Assembly (NCBI GenBank): GCA_905178155.1
Contig: CAJINV010000014.1
Location: 248,001 to 312,000, forward strand
Direction: 5' to 3'
Length of the DNA stretch: 64,000 bases
DNA from: Amoebophrya sp. A120
Lineage: Eukaryota; Protista; Dinoflagellata
The notes below the pieces were generated by a model, which ran no database searches, was not told where the DNA came from, and worked only from the letters and a program-made list of their open reading frames with translations. Positions 1 to 11,931 of the stretch are shown piece after piece; the stretch's first letter is position 1, and the number at the start of each line of letters is the position of its first letter. A program made the position numbers and the translations under genes.

Positions 1-1546
1 GATGTTGTAGGTCTCGAACGTTGTGCCCTTGCGCATGATCACATCAAAAGCGGAGACAACGTCGTCGATGAACAGGAAGCTCCGCGTGTTCGTCCCATCC
101 CCGTGGACTATGCACCGCAAAAGCAATTATCGGATTATATCCCACCAGAGCACAAAGTTTTTTTTTTTTAATGCCGTCCTTTTCCTCACTTTATCCCCCA
201 GCTTGATGCTGACATATCTTATAAGCATAACCGCAATTATTTCTTCCATGGGCTACCACTAAGCATAAGCAACTTGCGGCAAATTTCATTTCTGTTGTGT
301 ACAGAATTAGAATGCAAATGCAACGAACAGCAACGTTGGCGTTGCTATGATTCACACGATGTGGATAATCGCGATTTAGACTTTTGTATTGCATATGCAC
401 CGGGAAAGGCATATTTCGGTTAAACAGCGCGATGGATTTTGGGATCAACTTTTCGGGCCACTGCCGAGGACCGAAAACATTGTTAGGCCTGATTCGGTTT
501 GTTCCTTTTCAAATTTCAAGCATCGCCCTGCTCCATTCACGGTAAGAATGGGGCGGAAAAAACTCATCAGCGCCACAACATGATTGGAGCGACCTTCTGC
601 CATTATATGCATTACTCATAATTGTGTCACCCCATAGTGGTTTATCAATTTGATAAAGAACAGTCATAAATTTCTAGTAGAGCCCCCGCAGGCAAATAAA
701 ACTCAGTATACCTGACGACGATGCTGGGGAGGCGAAAGCTGAAACTGAACCCGCGCACCAGGCACTCTGCGGCGGCTTTGCTCGCCGAGTAGGGGTTGGT
801 TGGGAGCATCTGGTCGTTCTCGCTCACCCGTCGGTTTTCCTCGAAGCTGAGGTCGCCATAGACCTCGTCAGTCGACACGTGAATGAACCTTTCCAGCGTC
901 GGGCAGCGAATCGCGGCTTCCAGCAAGATATGCATTGCAAAAGTATCGTACTCGTAGTAATTGCTGTCGTGCATGACAAATCTCGCTTTTTAGGAAAAAT
1001 AGCATTACAAATTGCATTTTTCTTCTTGAAAAAATGCGTGATGCAATTTATACTAGTACGATACTTTTGCAATGCATACAAGACGTGGGTCCCATTCACG
1101 TTGGTCCGCACAAACTCGTCGGACGCCGTGAAAGATCGATCCACGTGGGACAGCGCGGCGAAGTGGAACACGCAGTCGAACCGGTGCTGCTCGAACAAGG
1201 AGCGGACCAGATTTCGGTCGCAAATGTCCCCGCGAACGAACCAGTAGTTCGCGCACTCGTCTGCTAGGTCCTTTATATTTTTCGGGTTTCCACAGTAGTC
1301 CAGCTTGTCCAGGTTGACAAATTTCGTGCGGGGGTACGTAGTCACGAGCCATCGCAGGACATTCGACCCGATGAACCCGCAGCCGCCCGTGAAAAGCACA
1401 CGCTTGGGGATGAAATCAGCCGCCCCACTGCTCGTGGCCCCATATTTCGCAACTGTTGTTCCGGTAGTCGATGTTGATGTCATAATTCCGTTTATTTCCA
1501 TTTCTCTCGCTGATGCAACTCCGTGGGTGTAGCGCAGGGAGGTCAT
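1..1546 (-). CDS. dTDP-glucose 4,6-dehydratase (RmlB/RHM-like extended SDR), spliced, 3' end runs off the window
   Basis: Motifs TGGCGFIGSN, HFAALSHVDRSF, HVSTDEVYG, YSASKA, NNVFGPRQWPEKLIP, GDGTNTRSFL...YNI. Exons join after removing introners 929-1078 and 109-395 and GT-AG intron 489-711. Confidence 0.92.
109..395. mobile_element. introner (non-canonical intron)
   Basis: TATGCA...TGCATA ends; flanks TGGAC/TGCAC; removal plus 5 nt gives PVH-GDG. Confidence 0.8.
929..1078. mobile_element. introner, ~150-bp TGCAAAAGTATCG family
   Basis: 24-bp IR; TSD CAAGA; removal restores GTHVLLEAA. Confidence 0.92.
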
Positions 1547-3168
1547 GATACAAGTGCTACTTAACGACAGCAGGAACCACGAAAGGAAGCGAGGACCGCA
1601 ACATCTACGAGGACCATGACCACCTACGAGGAACAAAGACACAAAACAAACGCGAAGATCAAACCAACGGAGGTAAGAAAGAGCAGAAGGCAATCGATTC
1701 TCCCTCGTCGCGAAATGCAATTTTTTAGTAAGTATTTTCCAATAGAAAGAGGTCCTCTATTTTGTATAAATAAATCAAAAGCAGCTTCGGAATGTCGCGC
1801 CTTCGACTTTATTTCTGCCTTTGTTTGATCATAAAATCGCCGGATGTTAAGGCAAGAGCGCAAATCTTCTAGTTGACCTAGGAACGAGACGAGGGCCGAC
1901 AACAAATCAAGCAGATAAGTACACTGGTGCTTTCTCAAAGAAGACTTGCTAAAAGAAAGCAAGGCTAGAAGGACAAGGATCTTCACAAAAAAATAAATGT
2001 TCTTTCTTCGGAGAATTTCATTTTTGATGACATCATACTACACTAGACGTAGAATGATCTGCGGCGAAAATACATACACACAGGATCCACGTAGCGTGCT
2101 TGCTTGCGCTTGGGTACGCCCCGCTCCTTCGAGGGGTTTGTGGGGCTCCATCTAATTTGATCCTGTCCCCGGGAAAGCGATCCGCTCAACGTTGTACGGA
2201 CGAGCAAGAGTGTGAAGCAACCCTCTGAATTCATGATTTGGACGAACAACGCACGAGGTGAACAAGGATCTTCCTGGAGTAGGAGGAGGCAAGCGCAACT
2301 ACAAACCATGGATATTGAATCTTCGTGCAAAATTCTATTCTGCGAAGAATTACGCGATCAATAAATATATGCGGCCAGTGGCTCCTAAGAAGATCTACTC
2401 CTGCTCTTGAGATATTAAAGGCATGCGATTACAAAAGTAGTATCGGTACTAAACAAAAACATTGTACGGCAAGCTCAGCCCCATCGAAAACTCGGCCTGA
2501 GTACGTGCTTGTTTCGTAGTTTACTTTCACTTTATATAACGTGCTCAAAAATTAAATCATAATTATTTTCAAAAATGGTATGCTGCTTCTCAAAATAGCT
2601 ACTGTACTACTGTAGTTTAATCATTATCTAGATCGGTTAATTAGCTAGTAGGGTCGACCCTTGTGGATGTGTGTCATAACGCTAAACCCTCCGAATCCGG
2701 TAGCAGCTGTGGATGTCCGAGCGGGTGGTGGAGCAGGTGGTTGTGAGAGGTCAGCAGTGCCGAAATGTCTGTGCTTGAAACCCTAACACCTGTATTGTTT
2801 GATGGGAATATTTGTGCGTACTCGAAGGTCATTCAAACACAAACGAAATAAGAGATCTGCGTAGCAATACAACAACAAAAGCGAACGTATAAAATGTGTG
2901 AGTTGGAGAAGCGGCAAGTGCGATAGGTCTTGTGTGTTCTGTACATTGAAAAAGATATCAGTGGGATCATCACAATAACTTGAACGCTTTCAATTCTATC
3001 ACGTTGCTGCACCACTACTTCATCATTTGTGGGTTTCGTATTTCCGAGTTCTTGGTTGTCGTCTTGAACGCGAGTAAACTTGTGAATCAATCAAAAACCG
3101 TAGGGAAAAATTTCTGTCTAACACAAACGCTTTTTTACCTCGAGCATCAGCTCCACAAATCCAACAAG

Positions 3169-5046
3169 ATGGCGAAGAAGAAACAGGAGATGTCTGCGAT
3201 GGACTTTGTCCGTCATAAATTGGGAGAGCCCTCTCGTCAGGACATTAAGTTGTTCCGCGAGGCTTTCGACGAGTTGGACGAAGAGCTTGATGCCGATGAG
3301 GAGAACTTCACGCCCATGTACGAATTGTCGAAGCAGGCCTTTCCCGGCACGATTGAGCGCACAGATTTTTATACTTATGAAAACCATGCTTCAGCAATGT
3401 GTTGCTTTTTCTAGATTAACTGCCATGCCATGTCGTGTTGTGTGCATGACTTCTAGCGGTTCCGACGTTTTCATGTAAAAGCATCAACAACTAGTGGAGT
3501 TCTATCTGCAGGCGATCATGTGACGCACTACTTCCCATGTTGAACACGGCTTGTGCGATGTGCACGCTGTTGTATTTGAACCGCAAGAAAAACAAAGCAC
3601 GACATGGCATCACAGAATGAGTATTGCTTTCTCATGCAATGTGAGCCACAACTTGAAAACTGAAACAGGTTGCAATCAAGTCCCCATCGAGATGGCCCAG
3701 ACCTTGCTCGCCACCTTGTGCCACAAGAACGTCATGTGGATCTGCAAGTACGTGTACGACAACCGCCAGTGGGTGTTCTTGTTGGTCAAGTTGAAGATCC
3801 CGCCGGAATTGGTATAGCTACTTGGCTGCATAGACTTGATAGTGGATGCTATTTCGTCATGCAACAATTGTTTTTGTCGTGATATAGTACCAACCTACAC
3901 AACAAACACTCAAATACACATTGCATGACAAATGTATCTTATTCCACAATCAAAATACAAACCAGCCGATCGCGAAAGACAAGTCGTGCAAGTTCCGCAA
4001 CCTGCGTCAGACCTGCAAGAACTTGTCCAAGGCCGCGAGCAAGCTGGAGTTCCAGGTGCTGGCTCAGAACTGCCCCGAGCCGACCAAATGCATCGCCACC
4101 GATGTCGCCAAGAACGTCGGTCTGGCCGAACACCAGGGCTCGAAGACTCCGTCCAGTTTCGCCATGGGCAACATGATGGGTGGCGGCATGATGGGTGGTG
4201 GCATGATGGGTGGCACCCCGATGATGAGCCCGTTCGGAATGACCCCCTTCGGCATGACCCCGTTCGGAATGCAGATGCCCATGTCGGGGATGCAGGGGAT
4301 GCCGGGTTCTGGTGCTGCTGGAGGAGGCCTCACGCAGATGACCCCCGGGCCGAACGGATCTGTAAGTTATAATCATGGCTTGATCATGATATTCGTAGGA
4401 CAAAATGATAGAGCGACGAGTGATGATGCGCTGTTGATGTAGGCTGGTGGGTTTTGTTGTCAATACTTATTTCTAGATTCCAACCCTAACGTTTATTTCA
4501 CACAACACACAGATGTTTTTCGCCCCCCCGGGCATGGCGAATGAGAACAACAACGGTGCCTGCTCCACCAAGGACTTCGTGACCAAGATGGCGCCCCCGA
4601 AGATCCCGGAGCAGACCAAGAAGTCCCCGGCGGCCAGGGCGAAGTCCCCGAAGCCCGCGCCCAAGACCTTGGACTTCGCCGACCCCCAGGACCCGAAGAT
4701 CCGCCTCTCGTACGTGGTGCAGAAGCCGCTGTCTTCGCCGCGGATGACCCCGAAGGACAAGTTCGCCCACCTGCTGTCTACCCTGATGAAGAACTCTGAC
4801 TCGGACGAGACCCAGAACGCGAACGAGGTCGCCTCCGCTGACCGCAAGGCCGCTGCCGCGATCGCCAAGGAGAACAAGAAGATCGACGACGATTTGGCCA
4901 AGGCCGCGAAGGCGGCGGAGAAGGTCAAGAAAGCCGCTGACAAGGAGAAAGAGAAAAAGCAAAAAGCCGCTGACAAGCTCAAGAAGGAGAAGGAGCTGGC
5001 GAAGAAGAGCAACTCCGGCAAGAAGACTGTGATGAAAAAGAAGTGA
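3169..5046 (+). CDS. transposon-borne spliced protein with Gly/Met-rich middle and Lys/Ala-rich basic C-terminus, function unknown
   Basis: Phase-0 GT-AG introns 3812-3965 and 4362-4512 join ORFs 3551, 3921 and 4513 in frame. The link to the exon starting at ATG 3169 is unresolved. Confidence 0.6.
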
Positions 5047-5869
5047 GTGCTTATCTCCGCGTTTGTGATTCAGAAAGTGTTTATTTTCAGTGGCTCCACC
5101 AAGTTACCACATGTAGATCTCGTGCCATCGCGGAACGCGTCTTTGCAGTGTCGAAAAGCAGAGGCGCGTATCTATTTGTATGCGTTGCTTGTGTGAGGTT
5201 GTTTTGTATGCCGCCACCGCAAAGACCGATACGTGATTACACGCAACCTCTTTCCCTTTATACTTCGTGTTATTTTACATCTAGAAATGGTGGGCCACTT
5301 AATGATGAAGCTTCACCAAAAAATATAAATTTATTTGAATTGAATTAAAAATAATTCCATATTTAAACGTCGGTAGTTACTGGTATAGAACTGCCGGCGT
5401 TCTTTGTCAGATTTGCACAGAAAAATAAAGATATATTATAGTATATTACAATACACGAGACTACTTGTAACAACCACCGAGCGTACCTGTTAGTGAGCTG
5501 CCGCGATTCCCTGCGTTTCGTTGGTGGCTTGCGCCAAAATCATGTCGAATTGTGAGGCGAGTGAGCTACTATTTCTCCAGTTGTAGATGGCCAATCTGAA
5601 CAAGCCTCGCGTCGGACTGAAGATGTATTGTGCTTATCTGCTTCTGAATGTGATGTTGAAAAAAAACACGTGGTCGACAGTGAACGATTGCTGCCTGCGA
5701 GCAAGCTGGTATCTGTTTGTTCTGGATGGGATAAAGCGTCGGCTGTTGTGAGTATCGATCGTCGGTTTCGTGAAAAAAGATCGCCACCGAGAGAAGCTAC
5801 TGCTTCGTCGAGTCCAGCAGTAGTTGATGCTGCTTTTTACAACTGCTACTCCGCCAGGACCCACAGCTG

Positions 5870-8800
5870 ATGTCTTCTTCAAAAGAAAACACAGAACTGC
5901 TGAGTCGCTTACACCGAGATGAGATGTTGAAACTTGGGGACGAGATGGCGGAGGCTCCTGTCCCGCAGGGGCTTCCGATGCGGGCGAACAAACCGCGCTT
6001 TAATGGCCAGGAAATTGGCTTCAACGCGATGCCAGCTCTGAGTGGATCTCTCGAGCTGCCGCCAGCACTGGGAAGACCACAAGCCGGCTACGTACCACCA
6101 CCGCTTGTTGTCCAAGATCTCAATACCAGCGAAGATGAGGAAGATCCGTCGTCCTCCGAGGATGAAGTCGCAGTGGACGTTTTCAAGAAGGAGCGGAAGT
6201 CGCGGCAAACGAGGTGGGGCATTCCCATCCGTTCCGAGTTTGATGGGAACCCGCGATGGAAATTGAAATCCATGGCACCCACTCCTGCCGCGTACGCCCA
6301 CTGGCTGGATGTAACCGTTCCGGAGTGGTTGAGCAAGCACTGCAACATCATCTACAAACCTAGGAAGGAAGGAGACCAGTGGGATATCGTACAGAAATAT
6401 GAGTTTTCATTTGAGCGAAGAGCATGCATGAATGCGCATCAGCATGATGAGAAATGTGATAATCTCCTTTACCTTCTTCTATCAGGTGTTCTGCTACTTG
6501 TGGTGGCGCATCTTCTGCGGGCACATTCGCGTCCTGGACAAGTTTGGCAACTGCAACTACCGCGACGAGTTCTTTGCGTTGGATCCAAACAACTTGCACG
6601 CGACGGCCGAAGCAATCCGCAAGAAAGGAGTGGAGCAGCTCGGGAGAATGGGTGCAGATGTGTCGAAGCTAAGAGAACAGGTAGAAATGATTGCAAATCA
6701 TGCCGTCGTGGATAATGTTCTCCACGACGGAGTAGTAGATGTAGATTTAATGCATCACAAGCAGGTCGCGCATAATGTTCCGCTGCATGGTGCCACCTTA
6801 TGCAATTTCGACGTTATTCATACCATCGCGGAGAAGATTATCCACCACGGCATGATAAGCAATCACATTCTAGGCTGCGGCGATGCGGAAGTATATGGAG
6901 CAGGTGATAATGAGCCGCGCCTTTGCCTGCCAGGCAACCGCTGACAAGGAATGCGAGCTTTTGGCCGGATTGTACGGGGACTTGAGGTTCGGCGCGTACG
7001 ATGGACATGCTTGTCTGATCGGCGATGGATCTACCTTGAGGAAGAATGGAGCATGGGGATCGCATGTATTTATACGCTGTTTCAGGTCGTGGATAATGTT
7101 ATACTGCATGGAACTACTAGTGTTTTTTTTTGCATCATCATAGCATCGTGGAGAACATTATACTGCATGAGACTACGCATCATGGAGTCACCAAATAAAA
7201 CATACTATCAGTTTACCTACTATGACGACGTAGACCCCGGTGATCCGCTGCAAGGTCTCCCACCGGGAACCGAGCCCTTCCAAGATACGATACTCCAAGG
7301 GAATGCCTTCCAAGTTGGCGGCATTTCGCAGTTGAAATCAAACGTCGTCGGAACCAAGACGAAGTACATCGGCTGCCTGTGCATGACGATGTGGGTTATG
7401 TGAATGTAAAACACAATACAGCTACGGAAAGACCGTCTTCATATTCCGACAAAAAGCATAACTGTAATGCCAAACTACCTCCTCATCATGACTTTGCTGC
7501 AGCTGTATTGTGTTTTGCATTCATACTCGTGACCCAGTTCGGAGAACAAGCGGTGATAGAGCGGTTTGTCGACATGGAAGCCGACTGGTCCGACATGGAT
7601 ACTACGTGGCTCCAGGGCGACATGAAAAACCACCGGACCGCGATGGAATTCCACACTAAAAGCGACCAGGGTTCGCCCGAAGCCAGGTGGTCGCAAATCC
7701 AGCAGCTGTTCTTGCCGGGCGTCTTCAGTCCGGGCGAGTTGCATCAGCTGAGCAACATCTGCAAAGGCTGCGTGTGGCAGCTGGTCGACCCGAGGGAGCT
7801 TTTCGACGATTGGATCCAGGGCCCGTGCCATCGCGGGCAAAATCAGTCTGATTACTTCTTCGCGAAGACGGAGCTGAAACAGGAAACCAAGGATGATCCG
7901 GACACCGCGAACAAAAGGAAGTACAAGAGCCAGCTGCTGAAGGAGGCCGGAGCAGTCAGCGTTTCGCAGGCTCTGGAGAAGCGTATTACGTGTTTGTAAT
8001 GCTGAGTAGAACAATACTGCTCAACTATTGGGAAAATTCTTGTGTTTTCCTAGGTAAAAAGTACCCGTTTCGGGGGGGGGTCTAGGTACCCCCTCAAAGT
8101 GCGTCACACCATGCAGGCTAGCTTTTGCTTACTGAAAAAAGTGGTCCCGTTTAGGGGGGGGGTCTCGGCCCCCCCTCAGACCCCCTCCTCATAATGCATC
8201 AATTTTCTCTATTCCGCATTACAAGCTGCAATATTTCAGGTTTCAACATCTTCCATGCTTCCCAGAACCGCTTCTTCGGCGACTGGTACTGGACGTCGAT
8301 GATGATGATTTCGTACTGGCAGCTGCTGTTTGTCCTCCACGCGATGGCGCAGAAACAAAAAATAACCGGTCGCAATATGCATTTGAAATGTAACGAAGCA
8401 GCATCATCACATAGGAGGGCCACGTGGTTGCTTTGCTTTGCTCGCTATATACATTTAAGCTTCTTGCGCATGACAGATTAGTGCTGTTTCGTTACATTTC
8501 ATTGGCATAGCCCAAGACTACACGAAGGAAGAAATTACGCGGATTTTGGAGGAGAGTCAGGAGGTGCCGCTGCAGTCCGTGGAAATCGCAGAAAAGCGGT
8601 CAAAACTGCAGAAGAAGTGGCTCGGTTATCATCCCGAAATGCTGCGAGTTCTGGTCGATCTGGAGTGGAAGTGGTTGAAGATCCAGCAGGACGTGGCGCA
8701 GGGGATGTTCAGTTTCTTTCAGCTGCTGTTTCACCTGGAAAAGCACGGTAAGTCGCGGCCGAATGTCGACTCCGCCCCCCTCCTGACTACGTACCAGCGG

Positions 8801-10235
8801 TACATCAGTCCCCAGGTGCAGATGGGAGAGCGGTTGAGTACTGCGAAGATCCAGAAACAGCGGTCTGCAAACCGGGACGGGACGTGGAGAGCCTTGACGG
8901 GGGACTTCTGCAGGGCGTACCATAAAACCGCCGACCACGAAGCTGCAGCGTGGCACTGCATTGCGGGCACGATAAACGCGTGGCATTTCCATACGATGGA
9001 TCCACAATTCGGGCTGTGGGAATCCTACGCCAACAACGTCGTCAATGTCACCCCGGAGCAGGCACACGATGTGGGAGAATACGTCCTGTACGAGCTGTCC
9101 GTTAGCGGCAAAACCAACATCATGGCGATCTCCGCGTTGCCGCAGGCGGATGTGAAGGCGCTGCTGGCGAAGTGGTGTATTCGTGTTGTCCGGAGCATGT
9201 CAATTACCGAATACATCCAAGAAAACCAATTCCGCGAACAAAACCAGCGTCAAGCGAAACGCCAACGCGCCGATAATCATCAATCTCATCAGCAAACAGG
9301 TAGACAAGCATCGCCATGTTTCCGAACAGCCCCGCTTATACGGCCCGATGCGTGTGTTCACACCCACCAAACTGTACATCCTGAATCCCCGGGAAGTGTC
9401 GGAGATTTTGAAGCTTCTGGTGAAGCGGAAGAAACCGCCTCCGACCGCTGCCGACTTGCAGTGCCTTTTCCACGACAACAGCCTGGAGCGTACTGGCGGT
9501 ACGAAGCGCCACGAAAGCATCTCTGCCTGCTACAAGGACATGAAGCTGATGGCGCACACCAACTGGAACAACGAGAAGAATTTCCCGAAGGTCGTGCGGA
9601 AGATGTTGGAGAAGTGCACCGACAAAGAATTTGTCGCGTACCAGCCGAACAAACTCGGGCTTCGTGGTGTCGAGGCGGAGGTCATCATGCGCAACAAGTT
9701 CCACTCGAAGATGGAGTACAAAGCGCACAAGACCATGAGCTACAGGTTTGGTGAAGATCGTAACTACGGCGCCAAGTTCCAGGAGTCGAAGAATCTCGTG
9801 GTGATCGGCCACAAGCGGGGCGAGAAGGAAGAGGAAACAACCCACTACAGGTTCTCCAACTGGATGGAAGGACTGCTGATGGGACTCGAGCTGTCGCGGT
9901 GTGGAAAGAAACTTTTCCGGCTGCCGATCCGCGATTCCGAAATCAAGAAGTGTGGGTTTTTAGCCAGCGAGCTGGTCCTCTACGAAGGTGTCGTCAACCG
10001 CCGCTCCACCAGCAAAAACGAACCCACCTACATCCACACTCCGTCCAACTGCTGGGCCGATCCGATTGATTATCTCCCACAGCTCTTGCCGTCGATTTCG
10101 GACGAAATGCAGGCTGCTGTGCTGTCCAAAGTCCAAGACACTTTTCCAGCGATTACAGACGAGCACCTCGGCTTGCTCTCCATCGAAAACAAAGCCACGC
10201 TGTTTGAAGTGCTCCTTGCCAGTATGGAAATCTAG
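5870..10235 (+). CDS. candidate divergent DDE transposase (hAT-like), ~1,091 aa, 8 exons
   Basis: Exons 5870-6388, 6486-6680, 6874-7065, 7212-7394, 7538-7982, 8240-8368, 8511-9187 and 9300-10235 are joined by phase-compatible GT-AG introns. Motif order LIGDGST, KSDQGS, GPCH, SQNRF, TKRHESIS resembles the hAT D, D, CxxH, TRW and E motifs (by eye). Confidence 0.55.
8053..8190. repeat. two imperfect tandem copies of a G-run/C-run hairpin-like unit inside a predicted transposase intron
   Basis: aaaaagtacccgtttcgggggggggtctaggtaccccctca and aaaaaagtggtcccgtttagggggggggtctcggcccccccctca. Confidence 0.6.
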
Positions 10236-10394
10236 TTTTCATATCTGCAGCTCTAGGGACGTTTTGGTTTTTTGTTTTGCATTTCGTGGCTGTAGCTTCT
10301 GCGTGACAAATTTCGTGCTGTCAAGAAACAGCAAAGCAAACTGCTAGTAGCTACGCAGATATGACGTTTTTTCATATTGATACGCCACGTCGCA

Positions 10395-11195
10395 ATGGAC
10401 CAGGAGTTTTGCGACTGCATCATCTCGGTGACGTCGTCGTACGAGGATACCCCCATGACCGGAGCCGGGCTTCTGCAACCACAACCGAAGAAGAAGGTCG
10501 CACGGGTTTTGAAAAAACAAGAACTGATCCCCGTGCCGAAGTCCGTCAGTAGTCCCATGCGGCCGGGGCTGAAGCGGCTGCCGGCAAAGTACCGGCATAA
10601 AGTCGTCTCCATCGTCACGGACCCTTGGAGGGATTTAGCTACGTTCGCCAGTCACCGGATGGACCAGGGTGATGCGAGTGATCGTCTGCGAATCCGGTGG
10701 GCGAATGATCGCGTTCCGGAGTATGTCAAATTCGCTCCTTCTACTAAAGCTACCGGGTCCGTCCAGCACAATGTCCTGCGCGAGTTATTACCAGCAGTAA
10801 TCGCCGAGTTTTCCTTAGAGCCCGAGGAGTTCTACATCATGCGCGTGGACGAGGGGGCCGGTCACCTGCGTAATAGTCCGATCCCAGTGCCAGAAGCAGT
10901 ATTTGACCTCGCAAAAGAGTCTGGCATCATGAACAAGAAGAAAGCAGCTGAACCACAAGAAGAAAGACAGGTCGAAATGCTGCAGGTGAACGCACAGAGC
11001 CTGATGATGCTGGACGAAGGGGAGTCGTTGGAAGATGGTTTTTTTCTCCAGGAGGATATGATGGATGCTGATGAGGATGAGAAGCCGACAGCTGACAGCA
11101 AAGGTAATAAGCGTCCCCAGAATCTCCTCAATCAGACCACCAACAACAACTCCTCTGCCGCCTCGTCTAGTAATGCGAAACAGCAGAAACGGTGA
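10395..11195 (+). CDS. transposon-borne hypothetical protein
   Basis: Open frame of ~266 aa from ATG with coding-like composition; no recognised domain. Confidence 0.55.
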   Translation: MDQEFCDCIISVTSSYEDTPMTGAGLLQPQPKKKVARVLKKQELIPVPKSVSSPMRPGLKRLPAKYRHKVVSIVTDPWRDLATFASHRMDQGDASDRLRIRWANDRVPEYVKFAPSTKATGSVQHNVLRELLPAVIAEFSLEPEEFYIMRVDEGAGHLRNSPIPVPEAVFDLAKESGIMNKKKAAEPQEERQVEMLQVNAQSLMMLDEGESLEDGFFLQEDMMDADEDEKPTADSKGNKRPQNLLNQTTNNNSSAASSSNAKQQKR

Positions 11196-11477
11196 AACTA
11201 ACATACATCAATTTTAAAGTTCAAAAAAATAGAAGGCTACAGCTGATGGATTCTTTATTTTTAGAAAGATAAACCTTAGTCGTATTCTTCGCATCGAGAC
11301 TGAGAAAGTCCCGCAAGCTAAAACTCTTGCTACGGCAATTCAAAAACTATTTGTGATGTCTTATTGGCACTTTTACAGCACCGCGAAAGAGTATCACAGA
11401 CAAAAATTATTACTTGTTGCATTTGAATTATTTTAGAGCGAGCGAGTATATACCTGAGCAACAATTTCACCTACTAC

Positions 11478-11624
11478 TGCGAAATTATATCAAGCGGAAA
11501 CGAGAGAAGCTGACTCTGTTGTTATGCATCATATTTGTATCTTGTGTGGTACGTGCAGTATGTGGCTAATGCATGCAGGCCAGGAGGCAGCTGTTCTCTC
11601 GTTTCCGCTTCATATAACTTCCGC
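11478..11624. repeat. inverted repeat / small MITE-like hairpin between convergent element genes
   Basis: tatatcaagcggaaacgagagaa versus ttctctcgtttccgcttcatata. Confidence 0.7.
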
Positions 11625-11931
11625 AGCATTGCATCACGACAACGTAGAAAAGACCACTACTTCAAAATATGTTTTATATCTGATTAGATGAGGACTATAT
11701 TTGTAATGCAGTTTTACGATGATACATTTTGTACACGAGGTTCTTCGAAGCGAAAAAAATAATTTTAAAACACAACACTGGAACTCCCAACACAACAATG
11801 CCCCTCTTGTACATTTTTACTTCTTTATATCAAAACTACAAAACTGCATTGCGGCTGTGGCGGAGTGCGTCCCAGCGATGTTCCAATTCAAAAACTGCGT
11901 CCGTCGTCTTCGTCTATTGTTTTTCTTCTAT

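Noticed and set aside
2681-2790. Telomeric repeat seeds (TAAACCCT, CCCTAAC)
   Set aside because: Isolated single units, compatible with chance.
9183-9300. Programmed frameshift between ORFs 8546 and 9183
   Set aside because: A phase-0 GT-AG intron (9188-9299) explains it more simply; not proven.
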